A stretch of DNA of 61,879 bases from a virus (lineage: Duplodnaviria; Caudoviricetes), in IMG/VR virus record IMGVR_UViG_3300020044_003173, positions 1-61,879 of that record, one strand, 5' to 3'. Shown piece after piece: positions 9,460-18,754 of this stretch (position 1 is the stretch's first letter; every line of letters begins with the position of its first letter). A program made the translations under genes and the position numbers. Under the pieces are notes generated by a model that was not told where the DNA came from, did not search any database, and worked only from the letters and a program-made list of their open reading frames with translations.

Positions 9460-10059
9460 CTAACTAGTCCGCGTGCATCGTAGCGAACCGTTTATTAGTT
9501 TAACGTAACTCCAGTTGGCCGAGGGAATACCCAGTAGGCGTCTTGCGTGCACCTTAGCTGCATTGGGTATCCTGTGAGGGCACCCGGTAATAACTCTCGA
9601 CTGCCCTACTCGCATCGTACTCAGGTGGTTCGCCACCTCGTTGTTGTGTTCCTTACCAGGGTAGGGCGTTCCGTCTGGTACCCGTGTCACCAGCACGTTG
9701 CCCGTGTCCAGAGTTTGACTGTGCCACGTAGCCTGGGGGGCTTGCAAGTGTTTTTTTGCGGTATTTCGCGCGCTCGTCAGCGCCCCAGATGTGGTCGGCG
9801 GCAAAGTGATAGTATCACCCACCTCAAGAGCAATGAGCGCCTTGGAGACATGCCCCAGCGGGTAGGCACCAGCATTAGGTTTAGCTGGCGGGTTTCTGCG
9901 TCGAATAATCTCCGCAATCAGGGAGTTAAGCTCCGCTACGCTACAGACAACTTTACCTGCGTCTGCGACCTCTATCCACGTCGCTTCTTTGTTGCTCTTG
10001 CCCGCGAACTGAAGCTTCAGGCGGATCGTACCTAGACGGTCATCACTCACGCGTTGCAC
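9460..10059 (-). CDS. Hypothetical protein with an internal two-domain duplication
   Basis: LEVGDTITL...W..TRV repeated as MRVGQSRVI...W..CTRT. Confidence 0.6.
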   Translation of the reverse strand: MQRVSDDRLGTIRLKLQFAGKSNKEATWIEVADAGKVVCSVAELNSLIAEIIRRRNPPAKPNAGAYPLGHVSKALIALEVGDTITLPPTTSGALTSARNTAKKHLQAPQATWHSQTLDTGNVLVTRVPDGTPYPGKEHNNEVANHLSTMRVGQSRVITGCPHRIPNAAKVHARRLLGIPSANWSYVKLINGSLRCTRTS

Positions 10060-10646
10060 TACTTGGCTCCGTTCTTTTGCACGGCTAGTTGGTACCCCGT
10101 ATGCAGGATGCCTAGCTCTTCCGCGAAGATGTTAAGGAAAGCGTCGATAGCCAGTTTAGGGCGATGAAGGATGTCTCTTGGGCCTCCCCACAGGTAATCA
10201 TCGAACACCATAACTCCCCCGGCCTTCAGGCAGGGCCAAGCCATGCACGCATCGGTAAGCACGTCCTTGGCGATATGCGACCCATCCACGTAGATGAAAT
10301 CGAACTGCGGGGTTTCGTACAGAAGGTTAAGCGCAGACACCGAGTTCATCTTCATCTTGGAGATGATACGTTTAGGGTATCTCTCCTTTAGAAGAGCCAT
10401 GTTCGCATCGAACCGGGCTTCCGCTCCTTCTAGCTCCCCGCCCTCATGCTCCTCCCCGCCAGTCCACGTATCGACCGCACTGAGGATGCCTCCGTCCTCA
10501 AGCATGTTCTCAGCGATCCATACGGCGCTGCGCCCTTCGAAGGACCCTATTTCTAGGAACCGCTTACGTGCAGGTAGCCCGGGGAGTAGCTTGGAGAAAA
10601 TATCGGGTGCCCAATGGAACCAATCTTTTGTGTACGTGTATTCCAC
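10059..10646 (-). CDS. Class I SAM-dependent methyltransferase (Methyltransf_24-like)
   Basis: FLEIGSFEGRS, FDFIYVDGSH, LKAGGVMVFDDY. Confidence 0.85.
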   Translation of the reverse strand: MEYTYTKDWFHWAPDIFSKLLPGLPARKRFLEIGSFEGRSAVWIAENMLEDGGILSAVDTWTGGEEHEGGELEGAEARFDANMALLKERYPKRIISKMKMNSVSALNLLYETPQFDFIYVDGSHIAKDVLTDACMAWPCLKAGGVMVFDDYLWGGPRDILHRPKLAIDAFLNIFAEELGILHTGYQLAVQKNGAK

Positions 10647-10662
10647 GTTGTATCCTTTTTGG

Positions 10663-12495
10663 TTATTTACAATCGTAGTAGGTCGGGCCGTAGCCCACCT
10701 CGCAGTTAAGCGGTAACTCCAGCGCCCAGTCCGGACGGATGCGCATAGCCATCTCCATATATTCCTTGGCTAGCTCAGCTTCTCCTTCCGGCACCAGCGC
10801 CACGATGCTATCGTGCACGGTCATAACCACGGGGTACTTGCGGTTCACCCTGAGCATCTGCTCACCGATGATGATGCGAGCTAGGGCCTGACAGACGTTC
10901 TCGATAACTTTACTCGCGTATATCCGCGTCGTGATCGTGCTCCGACCCTTCTTGGTGTCGTAGACGTATTCCATCTTCATTGTGTCAGGGTTTTCTTGCC
11001 ACCGCAGGTTCGGGTACCTCAGGTACATCCCATTAGGGAGCCGGATACCCTCTTGCCCGTCTACCTGTAACAGCCCGTTACGCCCGAAGGAGTAGCTCTG
11101 GTCTCCTATGATCGCAGCGAACACACCCTTGGCGCTCTCCCAAAGCTCAGGGATAGCAGAATAAGAAGTACGGTAAGTGCTAATAGTATCCCGGGCTTCG
11201 TCTTCGGTAAGAGTAACCGAAGGTTTAGAAGTTTTAAGTGTAGCTTGGAGCTTAGCCCAGCCGGTGCCGTAGCCGCATCCTAGAATTACTGTTTTGCCTA
11301 CAAAGCGTTCGATCTTATCTATGTCTTTCTCGTCTTTGTTGTAAATCTTAGACGCCATTTGCTTATAAACATCTTCGCCCCGGTCGAAGGCTTCGACCAG
11401 ATCATCCTGCTCCGCGAGCCAAGCCAGGGTTCTAGCCTCAATTTGTGAGGAGTCGCCGCCCAGTAGGACTTGGCCTTTAGGGGCCTTGATAGCCTTCTTA
11501 ATAGCTCCGTTGCGAGGGAGGTTCTGCATATTCACCGACCCTCCAGCACCAGACCAACGCCCCGTGTGCGCCCCATAATAAGTGAGGGGGATAGGGAGCG
11601 TACCCCTAGCCGCGATATCAATAAGGCGCTTCGTGCGGGTCTCTTCGATAGTCGATTTCGTGCCCAGGCGGGCGGCCATGAGGGTCTGCACTCCTAGATG
11701 CTCGTGTTCTAAGAGAGCCATGAAGGCTTCGTCGGTCTTGGAGAAAGCGTAGGTCTCCTTGCCCGTGGTAGGGCTTACCTTCATAGGGGGCTCGACCCCC
11801 ATGTTCCGCAGTTCCTGAGCAAACCGGGGGTTGCTCATGAGGTCTTCGCGCTCGCACTTCACGGCTGATAGCCACGAGAGTTTTGCGATTTCTATGTCCC
11901 CAAGGTAGTCTTGCAACAGATACGCATCCAACTCCAGCTTAGGCTCGGTGAACATGCGGATCGTAAGGTCGATCAGCTTTAGCTCTTCCAGGGGGAAGCC
12001 AGCTACCAAAACATTGAAGAGCGCGTAAGTTAACTCGGTGTCGTTGCAGCAGTACGCCCCGTAGGCGGCTAGTTCTTCCTCGGTGAAGTCCGCCCGGCGC
12101 TTGCCCAGCGCGGCGACAACCTCGGTACCCTTCTCGCCCAACCCATAGGCTTTGACTAGGTTCGCCAAGCTCACGCTCGGCTGACCCAGCGCCCGCGCCA
12201 TACTCAAGGTATCGACTATCCGCTTAGGCTTGATCCCAAAATGCCACCCCAGGATCGCCACGTCAAACGCAGCGTTGTGCGCAACAACAGCAGAACTTTC
12301 AAAGGGGAACCGATCAAGGAAAGCTTTGGTCTCCTCGTGTGTCCCGCTGAACCACTCGGTCGGCCCGTCATCCACCTTTACGGAGACACCGATAACCTCA
12401 AACTCAGACGAGCGGATATAAGCTTCCTGGGTTATCTTGGAGAGGGAATACTCCTTGGAGTAGAAGGATTCGAAATCGCAAACAATTACCTTCAT
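10663..12495 (-). CDS. DNA polymerase family A with 3'-5' exonuclease
   Basis: DFES and HNAAFD (exonuclease); HTGRWSG, NMQNLP, DSSQIEAR, RFVGKTVILGCGYG, TVHDS. Confidence 0.95.
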   Translation of the reverse strand: MKVIVCDFESFYSKEYSLSKITQEAYIRSSEFEVIGVSVKVDDGPTEWFSGTHEETKAFLDRFPFESSAVVAHNAAFDVAILGWHFGIKPKRIVDTLSMARALGQPSVSLANLVKAYGLGEKGTEVVAALGKRRADFTEEELAAYGAYCCNDTELTYALFNVLVAGFPLEELKLIDLTIRMFTEPKLELDAYLLQDYLGDIEIAKLSWLSAVKCEREDLMSNPRFAQELRNMGVEPPMKVSPTTGKETYAFSKTDEAFMALLEHEHLGVQTLMAARLGTKSTIEETRTKRLIDIAARGTLPIPLTYYGAHTGRWSGAGGSVNMQNLPRNGAIKKAIKAPKGQVLLGGDSSQIEARTLAWLAEQDDLVEAFDRGEDVYKQMASKIYNKDEKDIDKIERFVGKTVILGCGYGTGWAKLQATLKTSKPSVTLTEDEARDTISTYRTSYSAIPELWESAKGVFAAIIGDQSYSFGRNGLLQVDGQEGIRLPNGMYLRYPNLRWQENPDTMKMEYVYDTKKGRSTITTRIYASKVIENVCQALARIIIGEQMLRVNRKYPVVMTVHDSIVALVPEGEAELAKEYMEMAMRIRPDWALELPLNCEVGYGPTYYDCK

Positions 12496-12579
12496 AACCC
12501 AAGCTTCTTTTGGAGGGACTGGAATACTCCTGGGGGAGGAGAGACGGTTTGTTGAGGAGCGGAGGTAAGTTTTTTGTGG

Positions 12580-13065
12580 TTATATAGCTTCTAGGTTAGC
12601 TTGGGTTTGGTTTTGCAAGGCTTGGGCTTGGGCTTGGGCTTGGGCTTGGGCTTGGGCTTGGGCTTGGGCTTGGGCTTGGGCTTGGGCTTGGGCTTGGTTG
12701 TATGGAGTTAAAGTGGTGGGATACCCCTGCACAGCCGTACCAGTAACCAAACTATGACCCGCACACGTGCCATATGGAACCGCGACATTCATAGTGTTAC
12801 TAAACTCCTCCTCTTCCTCCACAGGCATGAGCGTGCTCATGACGCACCGAGTGAAGCTTTCGCCTTGGAGGGAGTAGTACTTTTCTCGGAGGATTTTTAG
12901 TTCTTCGGGAGTGAAACAACAGGCACGGCCATTTTCGTCAGTAATGAGATCATAGTAAAGCCAATCCCACTTCTGCCTCGCTAGGTGGCTCTTACCCCAA
13001 TACCCAGTGAACTCCTCGGGGTGGCTGTCCATGCGAGCCAGGATAATCTCGATACCCTTGTTCAT
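12580..13065 (-). CDS. Hypothetical protein with a (QA)13 tract
   Basis: ATGA overlap with VRR-NUC; [19 protein letters not shown]. Confidence 0.7.
   Translation of the reverse strand: MNKGIEIILARMDSHPEEFTGYWGKSHLARQKWDWLYYDLITDENGRACCFTPEELKILREKYYSLQGESFTRCVMSTLMPVEEEEEFSNTMNVAVPYGTCAGHSLVTGTAVQGYPTTLTPYNQAQAQAQAQAQAQAQAQAQAQAQAQALQNQTQANLEAI
12619..12696. repeat. Perfect hexamer microsatellite (GGCTTG)13
   Basis: Counted directly. Confidence 0.95.
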
Positions 13066-13340
13066 CGTAGCGCCTCTTGCAACTCGTCCATGTTCGTTTC
13101 GTTAATGACCAAGGCTACGCCTCCCGCTTGGTGGATCGCCTCTAGCTCCCGCGCCTGAAGCGCGGTGGGCTTGCCCTTACCAGCCTTGCACTCGATACCG
13201 AAAAACTTACCCTCCAGACAGGCCACAATGTCAGGCACACCGCTACGGCCATAGCCGTGCGTAGCAGGGAAGAAATAGTAGGCTCCAGCGGCCTTGAGGA
13301 TGCTCACGACCTTGGCTTTGACTTTTGCTTCTGGGGTCAT
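13062..13340 (-). CDS. VRR-NUC domain nuclease (possible Holliday junction resolvase)
   Basis: MTPEAKVK, GVPDIV, GIECKAG, PTALQ. Confidence 0.88.
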   Translation of the reverse strand: MTPEAKVKAKVVSILKAAGAYYFFPATHGYGRSGVPDIVACLEGKFFGIECKAGKGKPTALQARELEAIHQAGGVALVINETNMDELQEALR

Positions 13341-13372
13341 GGGCGCATCATACACTGTCCAATGAAGGAAAG

Positions 13373-13406
13373 AAAACCCCCCACGCATTTTTTCTGCGCG
13401 GGGGGT
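13373..13406 (-). terminator. Putative intrinsic terminator
   Basis: ACCCCCCACGCA/TGCGCGGGGGGT hairpin followed by TTTTCT on the minus strand. Confidence 0.5.
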
Positions 13407-13421
13407 AACAGGGGTTACGGA

Positions 13422-13586
13422 TTAGCTAACAAGCACCAACCGGCGCTCCGCGAACGCCACGAGGATATCCCTCTTAAGCAGGTGCGCGTCCGGTCGGGAA
13501 TGATAGTAAGCCTGAGCTTCCTTAGGGAGTCGCGCTGCGCGCTCGGCCCGCTCTATGCGGGTTTTGTAGTATCTAGCTTTCTTCAT
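13422..13586 (-). CDS. Hypothetical protein, 54 aa (MKKARYYKTRIERAER...)
   Basis: Read manually; fills the gap. Confidence 0.5.
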   Translation of the reverse strand: MKKARYYKTRIERAERAARLPKEAQAYYHSRPDAHLLKRDILVAFAERRLVLVS

Positions 13587-14448
13587 TGGAGGATTCCCAT
13601 ATAAGAAACGAAGTCTCGCTAATACGCATACCGTACTCCATCAGAGGTACGCCCACTTCGCTCAGCTTGAGAAAGCCTACGGCCTGTTTGTATGCTTCAG
13701 GCAGGGGTCCTGTAATGTGGTCCTCCAGGCTTTTCATGGGCGCCATGAGGTACTTATCGTGCCCCTTGTTAACCACAAGGACACTTGGTGTTTGTTTACT
13801 TTTCTCACTAAAGGCGATTATAAAATCTAAGTTCTCACGCGCAGAGACAAGGTTACTAAAAGTGTCCGCAGGAAAGCCAAGCCTGTTGAGGTACTCCGGA
13901 AACGAAGTGGTAATACCCTTTACGGCGTAGTCTAGGCACGCACGGTTTACGTCCCGCCCCGATACACTACCATTGAGTATAGAGGCAACTTTTCGCTGCG
14001 CGGTGTAGAAAAGACCACTAACCTGCTCTTGTCCTTTGCCGAAGTGTCCACGTAGTACCGCTTCATTGCTCAGGGGTTTGAAGTTCTCCTCGATAAGTTT
14101 GATAGCTTTCTTGGGGTCCTTGGTGCGGTTACACTGGCCGCGGAACCGCTTGTTCGAAAGCTCCTGACTGTCGATGCTTATCTCTAGGTTGCTCCCGTAC
14201 GCGAGGAACCAACCCAGCCCCTCGCCGTCCGCATAGACCCAGACCTTGCAGGAGTTATGCTGGGAGTGACCTATGAACGTCCAGTCCTTATGGCGGCGAG
14301 ATAGGGTAGAGAGTACGGGGTGAAGAGCCCCAGGAAAGCCCCCAAGGTTAGCTCCCTTAGCTATGCGTATGAGGATATTAGGGTTATCCGAGTACAAAGG
14401 TGTGTAGTCGAACTTATCCCGTTCGAACATCGGCGGTGTGTAGTCCAT
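13573..14448 (-). CDS. Hypothetical protein
   Basis: ~291-aa ORF; GGAG SD before MDYTPP. Confidence 0.7.
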   Translation of the reverse strand: MDYTPPMFERDKFDYTPLYSDNPNILIRIAKGANLGGFPGALHPVLSTLSRRHKDWTFIGHSQHNSCKVWVYADGEGLGWFLAYGSNLEISIDSQELSNKRFRGQCNRTKDPKKAIKLIEENFKPLSNEAVLRGHFGKGQEQVSGLFYTAQRKVASILNGSVSGRDVNRACLDYAVKGITTSFPEYLNRLGFPADTFSNLVSARENLDFIIAFSEKSKQTPSVLVVNKGHDKYLMAPMKSLEDHITGPLPEAYKQAVGFLKLSEVGVPLMEYGMRISETSFLIWESSNEES

Positions 14449-14459
14449 AATGTTTGCTC

Positions 14460-15311
14460 CTACCACTCGTAAGTCTTGAGCATGGTGTCGAGCTTGCCCT
14501 TGACCTCGGCACGCATCGGGGCGCTCTCGCGGATATCATCAATATCCACACCCGCGATAACCTTCTCAAGCTCCTTGCGGGCCTGCTCCAGCGTAGGGTC
14601 GCCCGTCACGTTCAGGTGCGTGAGCATCTGGCACATACCCTGAGCATTAGTGATAAACGTCTCGTGGTACCGCTTCTTCTCGTCGCCCTCCAGATCGACC
14701 AGCTTGTCCGACATACCGGAGATGAGCTTATGCAGGTTCTCCCACGGCGCACGCATGGCGTCGGACAGACGGTTAGCGAACGCACTCTCGTACTGCTCCT
14801 TAAGTTCCTCGATATCGTGCGCGCCCACATCGAGCCGGAAGTCCCCCGCATCGGGGAGCGGAGAGAACACCACTTGGAAGGCGAACTTGCTCCGCACCTC
14901 GTCCACAGAGGGGTAGTCGCTGAGATCGAACAGCGTACCCAGGTCCGCCGCTGCACGCTGCACAAGCACCGGGTATTCCTGAAGGAACTCGGACACCAGT
15001 TGGTTGAAGGCGTTCCTACGGAGATTAACCTCGCTCTTATAGTCCATGAACAGACTCGTTGGCAGGAGACGAGCGCCCTGGTCGGACCACGGGAGGGTCC
15101 GCGAGTAGTGCCACATGCGGTTGGCCGCAGCGTGCCCGTTGATAGCCTTGAGGGTGGGCACCCCCGGCAGGAGGTTCTTGTTGACCCGCGCCGCAGCCCG
15201 CAGGGCGTTAGCGTTGTTGGTGACTTGTGTGGTGGCCTCGCGATCCAGCTTGGCGGCAGTCCACACCGAATGGTTCATCTCAACCAGAACCGACGACGAA
15301 TTGATAGACAT
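14460..15311 (-). CDS. Conserved phage protein (DUF3150-like, tentative)
   Basis: SVWTAAKLD, TLPWSDQGARLLP, DYPSVDEVRSKF; AAGGAG SD before MSINSS. Confidence 0.7.
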   Translation of the reverse strand: MSINSSSVLVEMNHSVWTAAKLDREATTQVTNNANALRAAARVNKNLLPGVPTLKAINGHAAANRMWHYSRTLPWSDQGARLLPTSLFMDYKSEVNLRRNAFNQLVSEFLQEYPVLVQRAAADLGTLFDLSDYPSVDEVRSKFAFQVVFSPLPDAGDFRLDVGAHDIEELKEQYESAFANRLSDAMRAPWENLHKLISGMSDKLVDLEGDEKKRYHETFITNAQGMCQMLTHLNVTGDPTLEQARKELEKVIAGVDIDDIRESAPMRAEVKGKLDTMLKTYEW

Positions 15312-15357
15312 AGCTTGTTGCTCCTTGTTTGTGGGGCTCCGCCCCGTGTAACGTCCG

Positions 15358-15404
15358 TTACTTCTTCGCTTACTTCTTCGCTTACTTCTTCGCTTACTTC
15401 TTCG
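15358..15404. repeat. 12-bp tandem repeat (TTACTTCTTCGC) x~4
   Basis: Seen directly; duplicates the 3' end and stop of the upstream gene. Confidence 0.9.
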
Positions 15405-15648
15405 GCGGCTTGCCCGCCAGCTTAGCCAGACGGTACTGCTCGTCTGAGATGAGCTTAATAGTCTCCACCGGAAGCCCCCAAGTGTGGTTCTCGTCACGCT
15501 CCGCGTAAGGATAAATGTAATGCGCGGTACCTTCGGAAGACCAGTCAGCTTTATACAACTCCGCTTTACCCATGATATCCGCGATACGAAACGCGTCTTC
15601 GACTTCGATTACATAGTCCGTGTAGCCAAGGGTAATAATAGCCTTCAC
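15394..15648 (-). CDS. Hypothetical protein
   Basis: GAGGAG SD + GTG; ends YRLAKLAGKPPKK. Confidence 0.65.
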   Translation of the reverse strand: MKAIITLGYTDYVIEVEDAFRIADIMGKAELYKADWSSEGTAHYIYPYAERDENHTWGLPVETIKLISDEQYRLAKLAGKPPKK

Positions 15649-15649
15649 G

Positions 15650-15886
15650 TTATTCTCCTCTTGCTTTGTCCAAAGCCCGGTCACGTATGCGGATAGCCTT
15701 GTCCATCCAGTCCATAACCTGCTCGCGCAGGATGTTAAGGGAGACGTAAAGCTCCCTTGCGTCGTTGTCTCCAGCATGGTCGCGCAACCTCCGCCGAGCG
15801 TCCGTGATCTCCCGCAAGGCAGCCTCCACCTTGCGCGTAGCGAACCGCACTTCTGTACGGGAGAACTCTTTTCCGTTGGTGTCCAC
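15650..15886 (-). CDS. Hypothetical protein
   Basis: 78-aa helical ORF coupled to the VWA gene. Confidence 0.55.
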   Translation of the reverse strand: MDTNGKEFSRTEVRFATRKVEAALREITDARRRLRDHAGDNDARELYVSLNILREQVMDWMDKAIRIRDRALDKARGE

Positions 15887-17115
15887 TACGACTTCTCCAT
15901 GTGAATGGTCTTACCGACGGGAGCCGTGGTCTTGGGATTATCTACGATAACCCACAGAATAGGCACGCCCCACTCGGAGCCCCAGTTGCCGATGTACCCG
16001 TCAGTGAGCATGATGATGCACTCAGGCTTGATGCGCTTCTCCTTCATGTACGCCATCATGCACGTCGGGTCGGTACCCCCTCCACCGCGAGGCTTGGTGG
16101 AAGAGGCGAGGCTTTCGAGCGTAGCTTCCGTATAGGTTTCATGCCCTGCGACCTGAGTGTCCCAGTAGATCAGGTGCAGAAGCTCCGGCTTCACCAGTCG
16201 GCACACCCCCTGCGCTTCGGACAAGAAGGCGTTAAGGTCCGGACCACCGATAGACCCGGAGGTATCCACACCGATAACCACTTCCCTCACGCGGTTCCCG
16301 ATCAGCGTCGGGAGATACACGTCGTCCCACAGGTGGCGTCGGTTGGGCTTGGCCCAGGTAGCCTCGTCTTGTGCAGTAACAGACGATTGTGCAAATTCCC
16401 TTAGCTGCTCCTTCCAGTCAACCTTGGGCTCCAGAAGCTCACCGAACCCCCGGTCGCTATTGCCCGCACCCTTGCCAGCCATCTTGTTGTGCAGGGCTTG
16501 GCCCTGGCGGATAGCCCGGTCGATATCCTTGGCGAGGGTCTGCTTCTCCTCGGGCGTCAACCCTTGCGCTCCTTCCCAGTCGTGGTGGTCCATACCCCCT
16601 TCCCCGCCGCCGGGTTGTCCTTCGCCGGTGCCTCCGCCACTTTCTCCCTCTTGTTCTTCCTTCAGGATATCGAACACCTGCTTGGCGTGCATCCCACGGA
16701 ACCGCTCGTCCAACAGACCCACAGGCTTGCCGTCAATACGGGGCATGGCGATGAACGTCTCGTTGGGGTCGAGATCGTGTAACTTAAGGTTATCTACATA
16801 GTCGCAAGCCATGTTAGCGAGCTTGGGGTCTTCCTTGTAGAGCTTCTCCCAGATCGTCAGGTCACGGTAAATCTTGTGCGAGTTCTCGTGCAGGATGACG
16901 AACCGAAGCCCCTTGTCATCGAGGAGCTTGATAAACTCACGCCCGTACCACTCGTCACGCCCGTTAGTGGCGGCGGTGGGTATCTCGTCCGTGATGATAG
17001 TCCGACCAAGCATCATGATGCCTGACCACCGACAGAACTGCGGATTACGCATGAGCGCAATCTTGGCGGCCTTAACGCGCCGGTCTTCCTTGTCCTTGGG
17101 TTCCACGATATCCAT
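15886..17115 (-). CDS. DUF2201-type metallopeptidase-like + VWA domain protein
   Basis: PTAATNG, LHENSH (HExxH), NMACD, MIDAS DTSGS, GGGGTD, LTDGY. Confidence 0.88.
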   Translation of the reverse strand: MDIVEPKDKEDRRVKAAKIALMRNPQFCRWSGIMMLGRTIITDEIPTAATNGRDEWYGREFIKLLDDKGLRFVILHENSHKIYRDLTIWEKLYKEDPKLANMACDYVDNLKLHDLDPNETFIAMPRIDGKPVGLLDERFRGMHAKQVFDILKEEQEGESGGGTGEGQPGGGEGGMDHHDWEGAQGLTPEEKQTLAKDIDRAIRQGQALHNKMAGKGAGNSDRGFGELLEPKVDWKEQLREFAQSSVTAQDEATWAKPNRRHLWDDVYLPTLIGNRVREVVIGVDTSGSIGGPDLNAFLSEAQGVCRLVKPELLHLIYWDTQVAGHETYTEATLESLASSTKPRGGGGTDPTCMMAYMKEKRIKPECIIMLTDGYIGNWGSEWGVPILWVIVDNPKTTAPVGKTIHMEKS

Positions 17116-17308
17116 CGTCTGTCTCCTGTTTGAACATCTTAAGGGCTATACGGTAAGCGTCTAGTTCGTCCTTGGCAGTAACGTACCTTGGGTTAGAGCT
17201 TAGTGGGTGGTCGTGGTAGCAAGCGAATACAAAATCCTCGGTACCGTTTGCCTCTCTTCGTGTGCGGTATATTGGTCTAACCCCCAATATCTTTGTTTCG
17301 TGCTCCAT
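17072..17308 (-). CDS. Hypothetical protein (DELDAY paralog 2)
   Basis: Shares the DELDAY motif with its neighbour. Confidence 0.55.
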   Translation of the reverse strand: MEHETKILGVRPIYRTRREANGTEDFVFACYHDHPLSSNPRYVTAKDELDAYRIALKMFKQETDDGYRGTQGQGRPAR

Positions 17309-17483
17309 TTATCACCGCCATTGCTTTCTTGTAGGCGTCTAGCTCGTCTACTACGATGAAACTAAGCCATCTACGCGGCATGTCTGCAGTAGTATGAACT
17401 TTGAATTGGCTAAGACCATCTTCTAACGTCTCCGAAATTCTAGTAACAGAGAGGACTCGACGCTTATCCTTTACTTTCGCCAT
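17277..17483 (-). CDS. Hypothetical protein (DELDAY paralog 1)
   Basis: GGAGG SD; DELDAY motif. Confidence 0.6.
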   Translation of the reverse strand: MAKVKDKRRVLSVTRISETLEDGLSQFKVHTTADMPRRWLSFIVVDELDAYKKAMAVINGARNKDIGG

Positions 17484-17513
17484 CTAGTAACCTCCGTTAC
17501 CTCTTGAGTAACC

Positions 17514-18608
17514 CTACAGAATATCTTCGTTTTTTGAGACCCAGTTTGCGAACGCTTTGCAACCAAAGGCGATAGACTGCTTAACCCGGTCCTTCGCCAT
17601 GCTAATGCAGAACACCGCCTGCCATTGCGGATCGAGACGCTGCACGTACTCCATGAAGGGCGTCATGGTATCCTTAGTCACTTTGAACGGAGCACCGTAG
17701 ACGAGCACCGCGCACGCACCGGGATCGACAGGCACTTGGGTACGCTTGGGGTCGGAGATGATCGCCTCCCAGGAGGGAAGCTGGTCGCTGTACTGAATGA
17801 AAGCCTCGATCCCACGGGCCGCACTCTCGCCCACGGTGCCCGCCAGGGACGCAATGAGCAACTGGCTGTCGTCCGCGAAAATCTGATCTCTACCCCACAG
17901 GACGTGAGACGCACGCTCAAGCGAGCGACCCGTGACGAAAGCCCCGGCCATGACCTTGCGAGGGTTGTTGATATACGGATTGTCCGCCTGTCCCTCGTCC
18001 TTGTACGAAGCCATACACTCAGGGTTTTGATCGACCCAGGCGCACAGAGCCGGGTGAATTTTTCCACGCGCCCAGGCCAGCCACTCCTCGGCGGTGGGCT
18101 TTCTGATTTTGAGCCGCGTCATCCGGTTGAGAGTGTGAGCTTGTAGAGTATCTCCCAACCCCTCGGCGGAGGTGTTGCCCGTGGCGCAGATCATGCTCCC
18201 TTCCGGAAGATATAGGTCGCCCAGGCGTGGGCGGTTCTCAAACAGGGAGTGCAGCGCGTTGCGCACGGGGGCGGACGCCTTGGAAAGCTCGTCAATCATA
18301 AGGAGCACCGGGCGGTTCTCGCGGATGGCCTCTTGGATGCGGAAGCGCGAGTTGGGTGCGTAGCGTGTAACCATCTGTTCCCGGTCAACGACCGGCATGG
18401 CGTCGTCGCCCAGGTTCATGTTAGGCGCATCGATAGGCGGCGGGCAGATCGCATGGGGGACCATCTCGGCAATGGTGTCACGCAGGGCCGTCTTACCAAT
18501 GCCCATCTCGCCCTCAAGCATGACGCGGATATTAGGGCAGGACACAATAAGCTTAGCCGCTTGGGCGAGGGACACTTCCGTACCCAGATCGAGAGTAGCG
18601 TTAGTCAT
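17514..18608 (-). CDS. MoxR-like AAA+ ATPase
   Basis: GEMGIGKT, LLMIDE, ATGN, LNRM; AAGGAG SD. Confidence 0.88.
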   Translation of the reverse strand: MTNATLDLGTEVSLAQAAKLIVSCPNIRVMLEGEMGIGKTALRDTIAEMVPHAICPPPIDAPNMNLGDDAMPVVDREQMVTRYAPNSRFRIQEAIRENRPVLLMIDELSKASAPVRNALHSLFENRPRLGDLYLPEGSMICATGNTSAEGLGDTLQAHTLNRMTRLKIRKPTAEEWLAWARGKIHPALCAWVDQNPECMASYKDEGQADNPYINNPRKVMAGAFVTGRSLERASHVLWGRDQIFADDSQLLIASLAGTVGESAARGIEAFIQYSDQLPSWEAIISDPKRTQVPVDPGACAVLVYGAPFKVTKDTMTPFMEYVQRLDPQWQAVFCISMAKDRVKQSIAFGCKAFANWVSKNEDIL

Positions 18609-18719
18609 AGTCGTTGCTCCTTGGGTGCTCCGCACCCGCTTAGGCCGTAACGGTCGTTACGGGGTTGTTTGCTTTCTTGTTTCTTAGTTCTTGCTAGGTC
18701 GTCTTCTTATTATTCGAGT

Positions 18720-18748
18720 ATTATACCACCTAACCTTTACAGAGTCAA
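18720..18748 (-). promoter_or_regulatory. Strong sigma70-type early promoter
   Basis: TTGACT-17nt-TATAAT. Confidence 0.8.
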
Positions 18749-18754
18749 TAGGGG

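Noticed and set aside
14454-15425. 323-aa antisense ORF
   Set aside because: Shadow of the minus-strand gene
15312-15497. RRSK-repeat N-terminal extension of the 14460 ORF
   Set aside because: Arises from the 12-bp repeat; the real start with SD is at 15311
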